Source of the DNA: Myxococcota bacterium
Lineage (GTDB): Bacteria; Myxococcota_A; UBA9160; SZUA-336
Length of the DNA stretch: 64,000 bases
Direction: 5' to 3'
Assembly (NCBI GenBank): GCA_044450765.1
Contig: JBIOJK010000003.1
Location: 19,856 to 83,855 of the forward strand
This document shows positions 35,397 through 48,361 of this stretch, one piece after another; within the stretch, counting starts at the first letter, position 1, and each line of letters starts with the position of its first letter. The notes beneath the pieces were generated by a model, which was not told where the DNA came from, did no database searches, and worked only from the letters and a program-made list of their open reading frames with translations. The position numbers were made by a program, and so were the translations under genes.

Positions 35397-35939
35397 TCAG
35401 ACCGGCTCGAGCGGGCGGTGCGGCTCGCTCGGCAGCTCGATCCCGATCGGGTCGCCCACGCGCACCTCGCCCGCGGAAATCACGATGCCCATCACGCCGG
35501 CCTTGCGAACCAGCGCGCCCGCAGTATCTCGCGCCAGGGTCGCGACCATCAGGCCGGGCGAGATGCCGTCGAGCTGCCCGCACGGATTGCGCAGGCCGGT
35601 CACTTCGACCACCGCGCTCGAGCCCAGGTGCAGCCGCGCACCGGTCGGCAGCGCGAGCAGATACACACCCCGCGTGGGCACGTTCTCGCCCATCTGCCCC
35701 GGCTCGAGCGCGAAGCCGAGCGCGCGCAGCTCGTCGTGCAGCTCGCCGTGGATCAAGTGCACCTGGCGCAGGTTCGCCTGATTCGGGTCGCGCGCCACGC
35801 GCGAGCGAGGCTTCACCGTGACGCCGAGGTGCGCGTCGCCCTCTACGCCGAGCCCCGCGAGCAGGCGCAGCCCGTCGCGCTTCCCCTTCGCCATGCTGTG
35901 ACTCGCGCTGCTGGCGAGCGCCGAGACGATCGCGGCCAT
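35397..35939 (-). CDS. MOSC domain-containing protein
   Basis: It has a MOSC beta-barrel region (GENVPTRGV...GSSAVVEVTGLRNPCGQLD). I chose the MAAIV start to avoid overlap with the divergent gene. Confidence 0.7.
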   Translation of the reverse strand: MAAIVSALASSASHSMAKGKRDGLRLLAGLGVEGDAHLGVTVKPRSRVARDPNQANLRQVHLIHGELHDELRALGFALEPGQMGENVPTRGVYLLALPTGARLHLGSSAVVEVTGLRNPCGQLDGISPGLMVATLARDTAGALVRKAGVMGIVISAGEVRVGDPIGIELPSEPHRPLEPV

Positions 35940-35974
35940 CTGCGCAGGATACGGCGTTGTGCGAAGCTCCGGCA

Positions 35975-36235
35975 ATGGAGCGCCTCGGAACCGACACCCA
36001 CCACGCCGACGAGACCCTGGCCCGCTCGCTCGTCAAGACACTCAGCTATCGGGCGTCCGTCCTGGTCCTGGACTTCGGCACGATCTACCTGTTCACGCAC
36101 CGGCTCGAGGTCGCCGTCGGCTTCACGCTGCTGAGCAACGCGTACACGACGATCGCGTACCTGGTGCATGAGCGCGTCTGGGACCGGATCACGTGGGGCC
36201 GGCGGATCTTCGCGCGCGCCGGCGCGCGGGCTTAA
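35975..36235 (+). CDS. DUF2061-like small membrane protein
   Basis: ETLARSLVKTLSYRASVLVLDFGTIYLFTHRLEVAVGFTLLSNAYTTIAYLVHERVWDRI. Confidence 0.5.
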   Translation: MERLGTDTHHADETLARSLVKTLSYRASVLVLDFGTIYLFTHRLEVAVGFTLLSNAYTTIAYLVHERVWDRITWGRRIFARAGARA

Positions 36236-36250
36236 CCGCACGCGAGCGGC

Positions 36251-37086
36251 TCAGCCCCGCGCGGGACTCGACGATCTCGCCGCGCCGGCGCGGGCCGCCG
36301 CGCGGCACAGGCCGAGGCCGACCGCCGTGAGCAGCGCGGCTCCAGCGACCCAGATCGCCGGCGTGTGAGCTCCGCCCGCGTCGAAGCCGGCGAGGCCGAA
36401 GACCTGGTAATTCGCGCAGATCTGTACGGCGCCCCAGAGACTGCTCAGCGCCAGCACGGGCCACAGCGAGCCGGCGGACTGGCGCAGGATGCAGAGGATC
36501 AGCGCGTTCAGCAGCGCCGGAACGAGCGCCCACAGCCCGAGCGCCGTGACGGCGGGCAGAAAAGCGCTCGCGAAGCCGGAGAGCAGCGCGCTCAGGATCA
36601 CCCCGGGGATGACACCGATCCGTGTCGTCGCGATCGGCTGCAGCACGCCTCGGAAGAACACGTCGTAGACGAGCGGGAAGACGCCGATCTGCACGAGCGC
36701 GAGCGCAGCTCCGAAGTACGGCGGCACCTCCGGAAGCTGCGCCGGCATCAGCGGCGGCGGCAGCAAGCTCTTCACCACGTTGTCGATCTCGCTCGTGACG
36801 ACCACCGAGGCCGCGAGAAAGAGAACCGCGAGCCACGCGCTCGCGGGCGCGGTCACGAACGCGAGCTGGCGGGACGGCGGCAGGCGGAAGCGCGATGCGC
36901 ACAGCGCGAAGAGGCCGCCGTAAGTCACGAGCGCGCCCATGCCCATCGCCGAGATGATCAGCCGCATGCCGATCTGGCCCAGCAGGATCACCCACAGCAA
37001 GTGACCGAGCGGCGCGAGCAGCGCGAGCACGAAGACGAACTCGAGTGACAGCGGCGGACGCGGCTCGGGATCCTGCTCGGGAATCA
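36251..37086 (-). CDS. CPBP-family intramembrane metalloprotease (CAAX protease/Abi)
   Basis: This is the C-terminal 278 aa of the 749-aa ORF. It is multi-TM with a VFFRGVLQ motif (E-E-x3-R-like), and its start MIPEQD overlaps the uvrA stop. The upstream part of the ORF is wrong-frame over uvrA. Confidence 0.7.
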
Positions 37087-39915
37087 TGACGCGAACAGAA
37101 TCGGCCGCAGCGACTGTCCGGTGTAGGACAGCGGGTTGTTGGCGACCTCTTCGGGCGTGCCCGTGGCGACGATCTCGCCGCCCTTGTCGCCGCCCTCGGG
37201 ACCCAGGTCGATCAGGTAGTCGGCGGTCTTGATCACGTCGAGGTTGTGCTCGATCACGACCACCGTGTTGCCGCGCTCGACCAGCTTCCTCAGCACGTCG
37301 AGCAGCTTCTCGACGTCGGCGAAGTGCAGCCCGGTCGTCGGCTCGTCGAGGATGTACATCGTGCGCCCGGTTGCGCGCTTCGAGAGCTCCTTGGCGAGCT
37401 TGATGCGCTGCGCCTCGCCGCCCGAAAGCGTGGTCGCCTGCTGGCCCAGGTGCACGTAGCCGAGGCCGACCTCGGCGAGGGTCTGCAGGCCGGGGCGAAC
37501 CGTCGGGATGTGCTCGAGGAACTCGAGCGCCTCGTCGACCGTCATCTCGAGCACGTCGGCGATCGACTTGCCCTTGTACTTCACCTCGAGCGTCTGCGGG
37601 TTGTAGCGCTTGCCCTGACACTCTTCGCAGGTCACATAGACGTCGGGCAGGAAGTGCATCTCGATGCGCAGGATGCCGTCGCCCTGGCAGGCCTCGCAGC
37701 GCCCGCCCTTCACGTTGAACGAGAAGCGCCCGGGCTGATAGCCGCGCTGGCGTGACTCGGGCAGCTGCGTGAACAGCTCGCGGATTCCCGTGAAGATGCC
37801 GGTGTAAGTCGCCGGATTCGACCGCGACGTGCGGCCGATCGGGTCCTGCGACACGTCGATCACCTTGTCCAGGTGCGGCAGCCCGTCGACCCGCTTGTGT
37901 CTGCCGGCCTTCTCCTTCGCGTCGAAGAGCTTGTGCGCCAGCGCGCGGTACAGCGTGTCGTTCACCAGAGTCGACTTGCCGCTGCCCGACACACCGGTCA
38001 CGACGGTGAGCACGCCGAGCGGGAAGCGCACCGTGACGTCGCGCAAGTTGTTCGCGGACGCGCCCACGATGGTCACGAACTTGTCCGAGCCCGGGCGGCG
38101 CAGCTTCGGCACCGCGATCGAGCGCTTGCCCGACAGGAACTGGCCGGTGAGCGAGCGCGGCTCCTTCTCGATGTCGCTCGGCGCGCCCTCCGCGACGACT
38201 TCGCCGCCGTGGCGCCCGGCGCCGGGACCCAGGTCGATCACCCAATCGGACGCGCGAATCGTCTCCTCGTCGTGCTCGACCACGATCACGGTATTGCCCG
38301 TGTCTCGCAGCGAGATCAGGGTGCGCAGCAGCCGGCTGTTGTCCCGCGCGTGCAGACCGATCGACGGCTCGTCCAGGATGTACAGGACCCCGGCGAGCGC
38401 CGAGCCCACCTGGGTCGCCAGCCGGATGCGCTGGCTCTCGCCGCCCGACAGCGTCGCGGCCGTGCGCTCGAGGGTCAGATACTCGAGCCCGACGTTGCAC
38501 AGGAACGTGAGGCGCTCGCGGATCTCGCGCATCAGCCGCTCGGCGATCGCGAGCTCCTGCTTACCGAGCTTCAGCTTCTCGAAGTGCTCCACGGCCTGCG
38601 CGACCGAAAGCTTGCCGACGGCCGGCAGACTGACTCCCGCGACCAGCACCGAGCGGGCTTCCGGGCGCAGCCGCGCGCCCTGGCACGCCTCGCACGCGCT
38701 GTTGCTCATGTACTCGCGCAGGCCCTCGCGCACGAGATCGCTCTCGCTCTCGCGGTAGCGCTTGTCGAGCAGGCCGATCACGCCCGACCACTGGCGGTCG
38801 AAGCTCCACTTGCGGCTGCGGCCGAAGCGGAAGGTCACTTTCTCGTCGGTGCCGGAGAGAATCTGCGCGCGCGCTTCGGGCGCGAGCTTCTTCCACGGCG
38901 TGTCGAGCGAGAAGCCGTAGTGCGCGGACAGCGAGCGCAGCATCGACGTGTAGTATCTCGTCGCGTGGCCGCGCCCCTTGAACGGCGCGATCGCGCCGTC
39001 CTCGAGCGACACGTTCGGGTCGGGCACGAGCAGCTCGGGATCGAAGAAGTCCTTGGTGCCGAGCCCGTCGCAGCCCGGGCACGCGCCCTGCGGGCTGTTG
39101 AACGAGAACAGCCGCGGATTGATCTCCGGGAAGCTCGAGCCGCAGTCCATGCACGCCGCGAGCTCGGAGAAGAGCACCTCCTCGCCGCCCGGTCCGATGT
39201 CGACCTTCGCGAAGCCCTGACTCGCCCGCAGCGCGGTCTCGAGCGAGTCGGCCAGGCGCTGAGTCACATCGCTGCGGATCACGAGGCGATCGACGACCAG
39301 GTCGATGTCGTGCCGCTTCTTGCGGTCGAGCTCGGGCGCTTCGTCGAGCTGATGGTCCTTCCCGTCGATGCGCACGCGCACGAAGCCCTGGCGCTGGAAC
39401 TCGCGCAGCTCCTTCCGGTATTCGCCCTTGCGCCCGCGAACCACCGGAGACAGCACCTGGATGCGGGTACCGTCGGGCAGCGACTGCACGCGCTCGCACA
39501 TCTGCTTCACGGTCTGCGCCTGGATCGGCTTGCCGCAGTTCACGCAGTGGGGCACGCCGACGCGCGCGTAGAGCAGGCGCAGATAGTCGTAGATCTCGGT
39601 GACGGTTCCGACGGTGGAACGCGGGTTCCGGCTGGTGGTCTTCTGCTCGATCGAGATCGCCGGCGAGAGCCCCTCGATCGAGTCGACCTCCGGCTTCTTC
39701 ATCTGGTCGAGGAACTGACGCGCGTAGGCGGAGAGACTCTCGACGTAGCGGCGCTGCCCCTCGGCGTAGAGCGTGTCGAAGGCGAGCGACGACTTGCCGG
39801 AGCCCGACAGCCCCGTGAAGCAGACCAGCTTGTTGCGCGGGATGCGCACGTCGATCGACTTCAGGTTGTGCTCGGCCGCACCCCGAACCACGATCTCGTT
39901 GGGTTCCGTGCTCAC
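37084..39915 (-). CDS. uvrA: excinuclease ABC subunit A
   Basis: 943 aa with two ABC ATPase modules ([20 protein letters not shown]) and zinc fingers. Confidence 0.95.
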   Translation of the reverse strand: MSTEPNEIVVRGAAEHNLKSIDVRIPRNKLVCFTGLSGSGKSSLAFDTLYAEGQRRYVESLSAYARQFLDQMKKPEVDSIEGLSPAISIEQKTTSRNPRSTVGTVTEIYDYLRLLYARVGVPHCVNCGKPIQAQTVKQMCERVQSLPDGTRIQVLSPVVRGRKGEYRKELREFQRQGFVRVRIDGKDHQLDEAPELDRKKRHDIDLVVDRLVIRSDVTQRLADSLETALRASQGFAKVDIGPGGEEVLFSELAACMDCGSSFPEINPRLFSFNSPQGACPGCDGLGTKDFFDPELLVPDPNVSLEDGAIAPFKGRGHATRYYTSMLRSLSAHYGFSLDTPWKKLAPEARAQILSGTDEKVTFRFGRSRKWSFDRQWSGVIGLLDKRYRESESDLVREGLREYMSNSACEACQGARLRPEARSVLVAGVSLPAVGKLSVAQAVEHFEKLKLGKQELAIAERLMREIRERLTFLCNVGLEYLTLERTAATLSGGESQRIRLATQVGSALAGVLYILDEPSIGLHARDNSRLLRTLISLRDTGNTVIVVEHDEETIRASDWVIDLGPGAGRHGGEVVAEGAPSDIEKEPRSLTGQFLSGKRSIAVPKLRRPGSDKFVTIVGASANNLRDVTVRFPLGVLTVVTGVSGSGKSTLVNDTLYRALAHKLFDAKEKAGRHKRVDGLPHLDKVIDVSQDPIGRTSRSNPATYTGIFTGIRELFTQLPESRQRGYQPGRFSFNVKGGRCEACQGDGILRIEMHFLPDVYVTCEECQGKRYNPQTLEVKYKGKSIADVLEMTVDEALEFLEHIPTVRPGLQTLAEVGLGYVHLGQQATTLSGGEAQRIKLAKELSKRATGRTMYILDEPTTGLHFADVEKLLDVLRKLVERGNTVVVIEHNLDVIKTADYLIDLGPEGGDKGGEIVATGTPEEVANNPLSYTGQSLRPILFAS

Positions 39916-40931
39916 TCTCTCTTGCCCCCCCGCTCGTTCCGCGAAAGCTCGACCGCCAATCTTACCGCCTCGATCATCGAGCTTGCGTCCGCCTTGCCCT
40001 GGCCCGCGATGTCGAACGCGGTTCCGTGATCGACGCTGGTGCGCACGAGCGGCAGGCCGAGGGTCACGTTCACGGCCTGCCCGAACGCGTGCGTCTTGAG
40101 AGGCGCGAGACCCTGGTCGTGATACATCGCGAGCACGGCGTCGAACTCGCCCGCCAGCGCGCGGTGGAACAGGCTGTCGCCCGCGAACGGACCGCGGGCG
40201 TCGATTCCGCGCGCGCGCCCGTCCGCCACGGCGGGCGCGATGGCGCGCGCCTCCTCGTCGCCGAAGCGGCCGCCTTCGCCGGCGTGCGGATTCAGCCCGC
40301 AGACGCCGATCCGCGGCGAGCGCAGGCCGAAGCGCGCAGCGAGGTCGCGCTGCATGACTTCCAGCACCTCGAGCAGCCCGGCCCGAGTGATTCGCTCCGG
40401 CACCTCGCGCAGCGCGCAGTGAATCGTCGCGAGCGCAACGCGCAGACCGCGCCCGACGAGCAGCATGACCGCGCGCCCGCTCCCCGCGATCTCTTCCAGC
40501 AGCTCGGTGTGGCCCGGATAGCTGAAGCCGCCGGCGCCGATGATCTCTTTCGACAAGGGCGCGGTCGCCATCGCGTCGAGCTCGCCCGCGAGGCAGTCGC
40601 GCGCGGCTGCCTTCACGGCGTCGACGATCCCGCGCGCCGCGGCCGCCAGCGGCCGGCCGGGCTCGACGCGCGCGCTCGCGAAGGCACGCGCAGTCGCCTG
40701 CGCGAGCGAGCCGCCTGCGCGAGTCACCGCCTCGACGTCGCCGTAGACGCGGAGCTCCACGGCCTCGGCCGCGAAAGCGCGCAGCGCGGCCGCGACCACC
40801 TCGGGCCCGATCCCTGCGGGATCGCCGACGGTGATGCCGATGCGCGGGCGGGGGGTGCGGGGGCGTTCGCTCAACGAAGCTCCGGTGCGACCACCTCGAT
40901 ATAGCGGGCCTTTCGCACGTCGGCGATCCAC
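39912..40931 (-). CDS. pdxA: 4-hydroxythreonine-4-phosphate dehydrogenase
   Basis: [15 protein letters not shown]...LAMYHDQGL...[18 protein letters not shown]. The true start is probably a non-ATG near 40880. Confidence 0.85.
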   Translation of the reverse strand: MDRRRAKGPLYRGGRTGASLSERPRTPRPRIGITVGDPAGIGPEVVAAALRAFAAEAVELRVYGDVEAVTRAGGSLAQATARAFASARVEPGRPLAAAARGIVDAVKAAARDCLAGELDAMATAPLSKEIIGAGGFSYPGHTELLEEIAGSGRAVMLLVGRGLRVALATIHCALREVPERITRAGLLEVLEVMQRDLAARFGLRSPRIGVCGLNPHAGEGGRFGDEEARAIAPAVADGRARGIDARGPFAGDSLFHRALAGEFDAVLAMYHDQGLAPLKTHAFGQAVNVTLGLPLVRTSVDHGTAFDIAGQGKADASSMIEAVRLAVELSRNERGGKRE

Positions 40932-41838
40932 TTCTCGAACGCCGGCATGGTCTGCTGCTCCATCAGCTCGGCGCGCAGCCGGTCGGCGACCTTCTCGTAC
41001 GGCACGTCAGCGGGGTCGAAGCTGTCGAGGTACTGAAACAGATTCTCGCCGTGCGCGGTCTCGATCACCCCGCTGATCTCGCCCGGCTTCAAGCCGGAGA
41101 TCGCGTTCTTGATGTCGGGAGGCGCGTCCTGCTCGCGGAACACGGTCAGCCCGCCTTGCGCCGCGGTCGGCGCCGCGGAGTACTTGCGCGCGAGCGCCGC
41201 GAAGTCGCCGCTCTCGCGCGCCTTCGCCCGGAGCTGCTCCGTCAGCTCCTTCGCCTCGGCGCGCTTCGCCGCCGGCGCGTCCGGCGCCACCGGAATCAGG
41301 ATGTGCAGGACGCGGATTCGCAATCCCGGCTTTGCGTTGCCGTAGCGCTCGTCGTAGAGCTTCCGCACGTCTTCCTCGCTGACGTGCACTTTCCCCTGGA
41401 CCGCGCCCTGGACGATCTTCATGCGTGTGACCTGGCGGCCCAGCTGCTCGCGGTAGGTCTTGCGGTCGAGACCTTGCTTCAGGGCCGCCGCGTAGATGTC
41501 GTCGACCTTGACCCCGGAGTCCTGCGCGATGTTCGCCACGGACTCGTCGATCTCCTCCTCGCTCGCGGTCAGGTTCTGCTTCTTCGCGAGCTGCAGGACG
41601 ATCTTCTCGTCGATCAGCGTCTGCAGCGCGGTGTTCCGCAGCTCGAGCGCCTCTTCCTGACTCAGTGACTCGCCCCGCTCGCGCACGCGGTTGACGTAGC
41701 CGTGCCAGGCTTCGCGCACCTCGGACAGCAGAATCACCTCGTCGCCGACGATCGCCGCGACCCCGTCCACGACCTCGGCGCGCGCCGCCGGCGCCCAGGC
41801 CAAGCCGGCCAGCAGCAGGGCGATCGCTCTCTTCATCG
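40871..41838 (-). CDS. surA: SurA-like periplasmic chaperone / parvulin-type peptidyl-prolyl isomerase
   Basis: It has a signal peptide ([20 protein letters not shown]), a SurA N-domain and a PpiC domain (IRVLHILI...). Confidence 0.8.
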
Positions 41839-42704
41839 CAGGCTCTCCAGCACGCGGTCGTTCACGCGGATCTCGGCGTTCTTGCGCAGGCCCCGCACCC
41901 ACTCGCGCCGCAGGTCCTCGAGCGTCTGCTCCCCGAGCACGAGGGCGATCTTCTCGCGCACCTCGTCGAAGGTCGCATCGTGCGCCGGCAGTCTGCTCTC
42001 GACGCGAAACAGATGAAAGCCGTAGGGAGACTCGATCACCGGCGACAGGACGCCCACTTCGAGCTCGAACGCGCGGTCGAACGCCTCGGGCATGTCGCCC
42101 TTCGCGAACGGCGGTAGCAAACCGCCGTCCGAGGCCTCGGGACCGATGCTGTTCGCGCGCGCCAGCTCGGCGAAGTCGGCACCGGCCAGGAGCTGCGTGC
42201 GCAGCGCCTCGGCCTTGGGCCGCTCCGCGACGACGATCTGCCGGATCTGAACGCGCGCCGGAGTCGCGTACTCGGCTCGGTGCTCCTCGAAGTAGGCGCG
42301 CTGCGCGCTCTCGGGGGCGCGCGCCCGGGCACCCAGCTCGGCCAGCGCGGTGCGCTCCAGGATCATCTCGCGCCGGACCGACTCGCGATAGCGCGGGTCC
42401 GGATCCTTCCAGCTCTCGCCGTGCAGCTCGCGCAGGCGCGCGTCGACGTCTTCCATCGAGACGTCGACGCCTCGCTTCTTCGCGTAGTTCAACACGACCT
42501 GGTCCGACACGAGCCGCTGCAGGACGTCGGTCGCGACGTCCTCGCGCTTGGCGTCGGGATTGTCTTCCATGCGCTGGTCGACCTGGCGGCGCAGCTCCGC
42601 GGCGGGGACCTGAACGCCGTCGACCTCGGCAGCCCAGGCGTCGCTGTCCGAGCGCGAGCCACAGCCGGCGGCCAGCAATGCGATCAGCAGCGCGACGGCG
42701 CTCT

Positions 42705-42708
<4 letters not shown>
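41833..42708 (-). CDS. PpiC/parvulin-type peptidyl-prolyl isomerase lipoprotein
   Basis: It has a lipobox (LLAAGCGS) and a PpiC domain (VQIRQIVVAE...GFHLFRVE). Confidence 0.7.
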
Positions 42709-46214
<3,506 letters not shown>

Positions 46215-46319
46215 AAGTCGCTCTCCGGCGATTAAATGCGGAAAGGCCCGCCCCCCGAGATGACCCCGGGGGGTGGACGCGTTGCGATTGGGGGACGGAG
46301 TATAGGGAATGTCGGGTCG

Positions 46320-46365
46320 CGGGCCGCCCCGAAGGCGAAGCCGCGGGCAGCGGCTATAATGCGCC
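46320..46365 (+). promoter_or_regulatory. putative sigma70-type promoter for rplC-rlmE
   Basis: An exact TATAAT sits at about 46355-46360, roughly 28 nt upstream of the rplC ATG, with a GAAGGA RBS. A GC hairpin (cccccgag...cccggggg) lies upstream at about 46245-46270. Confidence 0.4.
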
Positions 46366-46387
46366 CCCCCTCCGCGAAGGATCCGCC

Positions 46388-47026
46388 ATGAGCCTGGAAT
46401 TGATCGGCCGGAAGCTCGGCATGACCCAGATCTTCACCGACTCCGGCGACCGCGTGCCGGTCACCGTGATCGAGGCCGGCCCCTGCACCGTCGTGCAGAA
46501 GAAGTCGGACGAGACGGACGGTTACTGCGCGCTGCAGCTCGGCTTCGCGGAGAAGAAGGCCAAGCACACGCCCAAAGCCATGCAGGGTCACTTCGCCAAG
46601 GCCAAGACCACCGCGAAGCGCGTGCTGGTCGAGGTTGCGGTCGAGGCGAAGGAGCTCGCGAGCTACGAGGTCGGCCAGCAGGTCACCTGCGAGGGTTACA
46701 AGCCCGGCGAGTTCGTCGACGTCACCGGCACGACCAAGGGCCGCGGCTTCACGGGCGTCGTGAAGCGGCACGGCTTTCCGACGCGCAGTGACACGCACGG
46801 CAACCACGAGTCGTTCCGCCACGGCGGTGCGGTCTCGTCCGGCACGTTCCCGGGTCGCATCAAGAAGGGCCTGCGCATGGCGGGTCACTCGGGAAACGCG
46901 CGAGTGACCCAGCTGAATCTGCGGGTCGAGAAGGTCGAGCCGGAGCGGAACCTGATCTATGTGCGCGGCGCGGTGCCCGGGCGCGCCGACGGCTTCATCT
47001 GCATCCGGCCGACGGTGAAGGGCTAG
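46388..47026 (+). CDS. rplC: 50S ribosomal protein L3 (stand-alone, outside an S10 operon context)
   Basis: MSLELIGRKLGMTQIFTDSGDRVPVTVIE...GFTGVVKRHGF... aligns along its full length with bacterial L3. It lies within the longer wrong-frame 516-aa ORF-track call. Confidence 0.9.
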   Translation: MSLELIGRKLGMTQIFTDSGDRVPVTVIEAGPCTVVQKKSDETDGYCALQLGFAEKKAKHTPKAMQGHFAKAKTTAKRVLVEVAVEAKELASYEVGQQVTCEGYKPGEFVDVTGTTKGRGFTGVVKRHGFPTRSDTHGNHESFRHGGAVSSGTFPGRIKKGLRMAGHSGNARVTQLNLRVEKVEPERNLIYVRGAVPGRADGFICIRPTVKG

Positions 47027-47040
47027 CGCCGACGGCGCGC

Positions 47041-47628
47041 TACGACCGCAAGGACGCCTTCTACCGGCGCGCCAAGGACGAGGGCCGCCGCTCGCGCGCG
47101 GCCTTCAAGCTCGAGGACCTGCTGCGCCGCGCGCCGTCGCTGGCCCGGAACGCGGCCGTCCTCGATCTCGGCTGCTGGCCCGGCGGGTGGCTCGAAGTCT
47201 TGGCGCAGCGCATCGGTCCCGAGGGCCGCATCGTCGGCGTCGATCTCCAGCCGACCGACCCCGTGGCCGCCGCGCAGGTCCGGATCCTGACGCTCGACAT
47301 GTGCGCGCCCGAGTCACTCGAGCCGATTCGCGCGGCGCTCGGCCGGCCGGCAGACGCCGTCCTGTGCGACGCGTCGCCCAAGCTCACCGGCGTGCGCGAC
47401 GTGGACCTCGCCGCGATCGACGAGATCTACGCTGCGGCCCTCTCGATCGCGCGCGCGCTGCTCCGTCCGCGCGGCTTCCTGATCGTGAAGGGCTTCCCCG
47501 GGCAAGAGAGCGATCTCTTCCGCAAGGAGCTGAAGCGCCACTTCGCCGACGTGCACGAGATCCGCCCCGAGGGCAAGCGCACCACGTCGAAGGAGTTCTA
47601 CTGGGTCGCTTGCCAGCGCCGCGGATGA
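47041..47628 (+). CDS. rlmE: 23S rRNA (uridine2552-2'-O)-methyltransferase RlmE/FtsJ; 5' end unresolved (no ATG/GTG/TTG in frame before TTG at 47200)
   Basis: RYDRKDAFYRRAKDEGRRSRAAFKLEDL...VLDLGCWPGGW... carries the FtsJ substrate-binding and SAM motif I region. The frame is open from the TGA at 46789, but no canonical start precedes these motifs. The ORF track only calls a TTG at 47200. Confidence 0.75.
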   Translation, partial: YDRKDAFYRRAKDEGRRSRAAFKLEDLLRRAPSLARNAAVLDLGCWPGGWLEVLAQRIGPEGRIVGVDLQPTDPVAAAQVRILTLDMCAPESLEPIRAALGRPADAVLCDASPKLTGVRDVDLAAIDEIYAAALSIARALLRPRGFLIVKGFPGQESDLFRKELKRHFADVHEIRPEGKRTTSKEFYWVACQRRG

Positions 47629-47631
47629 CTC

Positions 47632-48330
47632 CTAGAGCTTGAGCCACGCGAAGCCGCTGCGCAGCGCTTCGCGGCCGCCCTTCTCGAGGATCTCGCCGTG
47701 CGCGACGGTGACTCGCTCGAACTCCCAGGCGAGAATCCGGTCGAGCGACGCGCGCGCGCTTCGCCGGTCCTTCAGAACCGCGAAGCGGAAGATGCGCGAG
47801 GGGCCGAAGCGGCCGAAGGCGCCGTTCACGCGCATGAACAGCCGAGTCGGCGCGCTGGCCGACTCGCGCACGTTGAAGCACAGGTCGAGACACAGCAGCG
47901 TGCGGCTCGCCCGGTGCAGGAACACGACCTCGTTCAAGCTCGGAGCGCCGCGCACGAGCAGCTGATCCAGGTCGGCCGCCCAAAGGTCCGGCGCCCGATC
48001 GGCGAGCACCTCGTCCACGCGCACGTCGCCGAGCTTCTCGCGCAGGCCGGGCGCGCCGAAGACGCGCGCGTGCGGGTACGCGGCGATGTTCTCGCGCAGG
48101 AACATGTGATGCAGCAGATTCGGCGCGATCAGAGCGCGCACGGGCCCGAGTGAGTCGATCGCGCGGCGCACATCGTCGTCCAGCGGCCCCGGGGTGTGCA
48201 CGGCGACACCTCCGCCCGAGAGCCGGACCGCACAGCAGCGCGTCCCGAGCTCGAGGCCGCCCGGCAGGCGCAGCGGGTGGTCGATCGCGATCAGGTCGGG
48301 GTGCAGGCGGTGGACGTGGGTCACTGCCAC
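47632..48330 (-). CDS. DUF4336 domain protein
   Basis: PDLIAIDHPLRLPGGLELGTRCCAVRL...APNLLHHMFL. I infer a GTG start near 48330; the longer ORF-track start would overlap the divergent gene. Confidence 0.6.
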   Translation of the reverse strand: MAVTHVHRLHPDLIAIDHPLRLPGGLELGTRCCAVRLSGGGVAVHTPGPLDDDVRRAIDSLGPVRALIAPNLLHHMFLRENIAAYPHARVFGAPGLREKLGDVRVDEVLADRAPDLWAADLDQLLVRGAPSLNEVVFLHRASRTLLCLDLCFNVRESASAPTRLFMRVNGAFGRFGPSRIFRFAVLKDRRSARASLDRILAWEFERVTVAHGEILEKGGREALRSGFAWLKL

Positions 48331-48361
48331 GGCTCTTGAAGCTAAGCGTAGAATCGGCGGC

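Noticed and set aside
36251-38500. Single 749-aa ORF-track call spanning a CPBP protease and part of uvrA. Likewise 41833-44898, 12836-14233, 9001-11028 and 50386-52224.
   Set aside because: These are frame run-ons. Only the 3' portion of each is a real gene (CPBP protease, PPIase lipoprotein, atpH, atpD, tgt). The upstream portion reads through the neighbouring gene in the wrong frame. Real starts were placed at the Met or GTG that begins the homologous region.
46975-47030. Programmed -1 ribosomal frameshift from rplC into the start-less rlmE frame.
   Set aside because: There is no X-XXY-YYZ slippery heptamer in the correct register near the rplC end, and no obvious downstream pseudoknot. 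A CTG start or a sequence error are simpler explanations.
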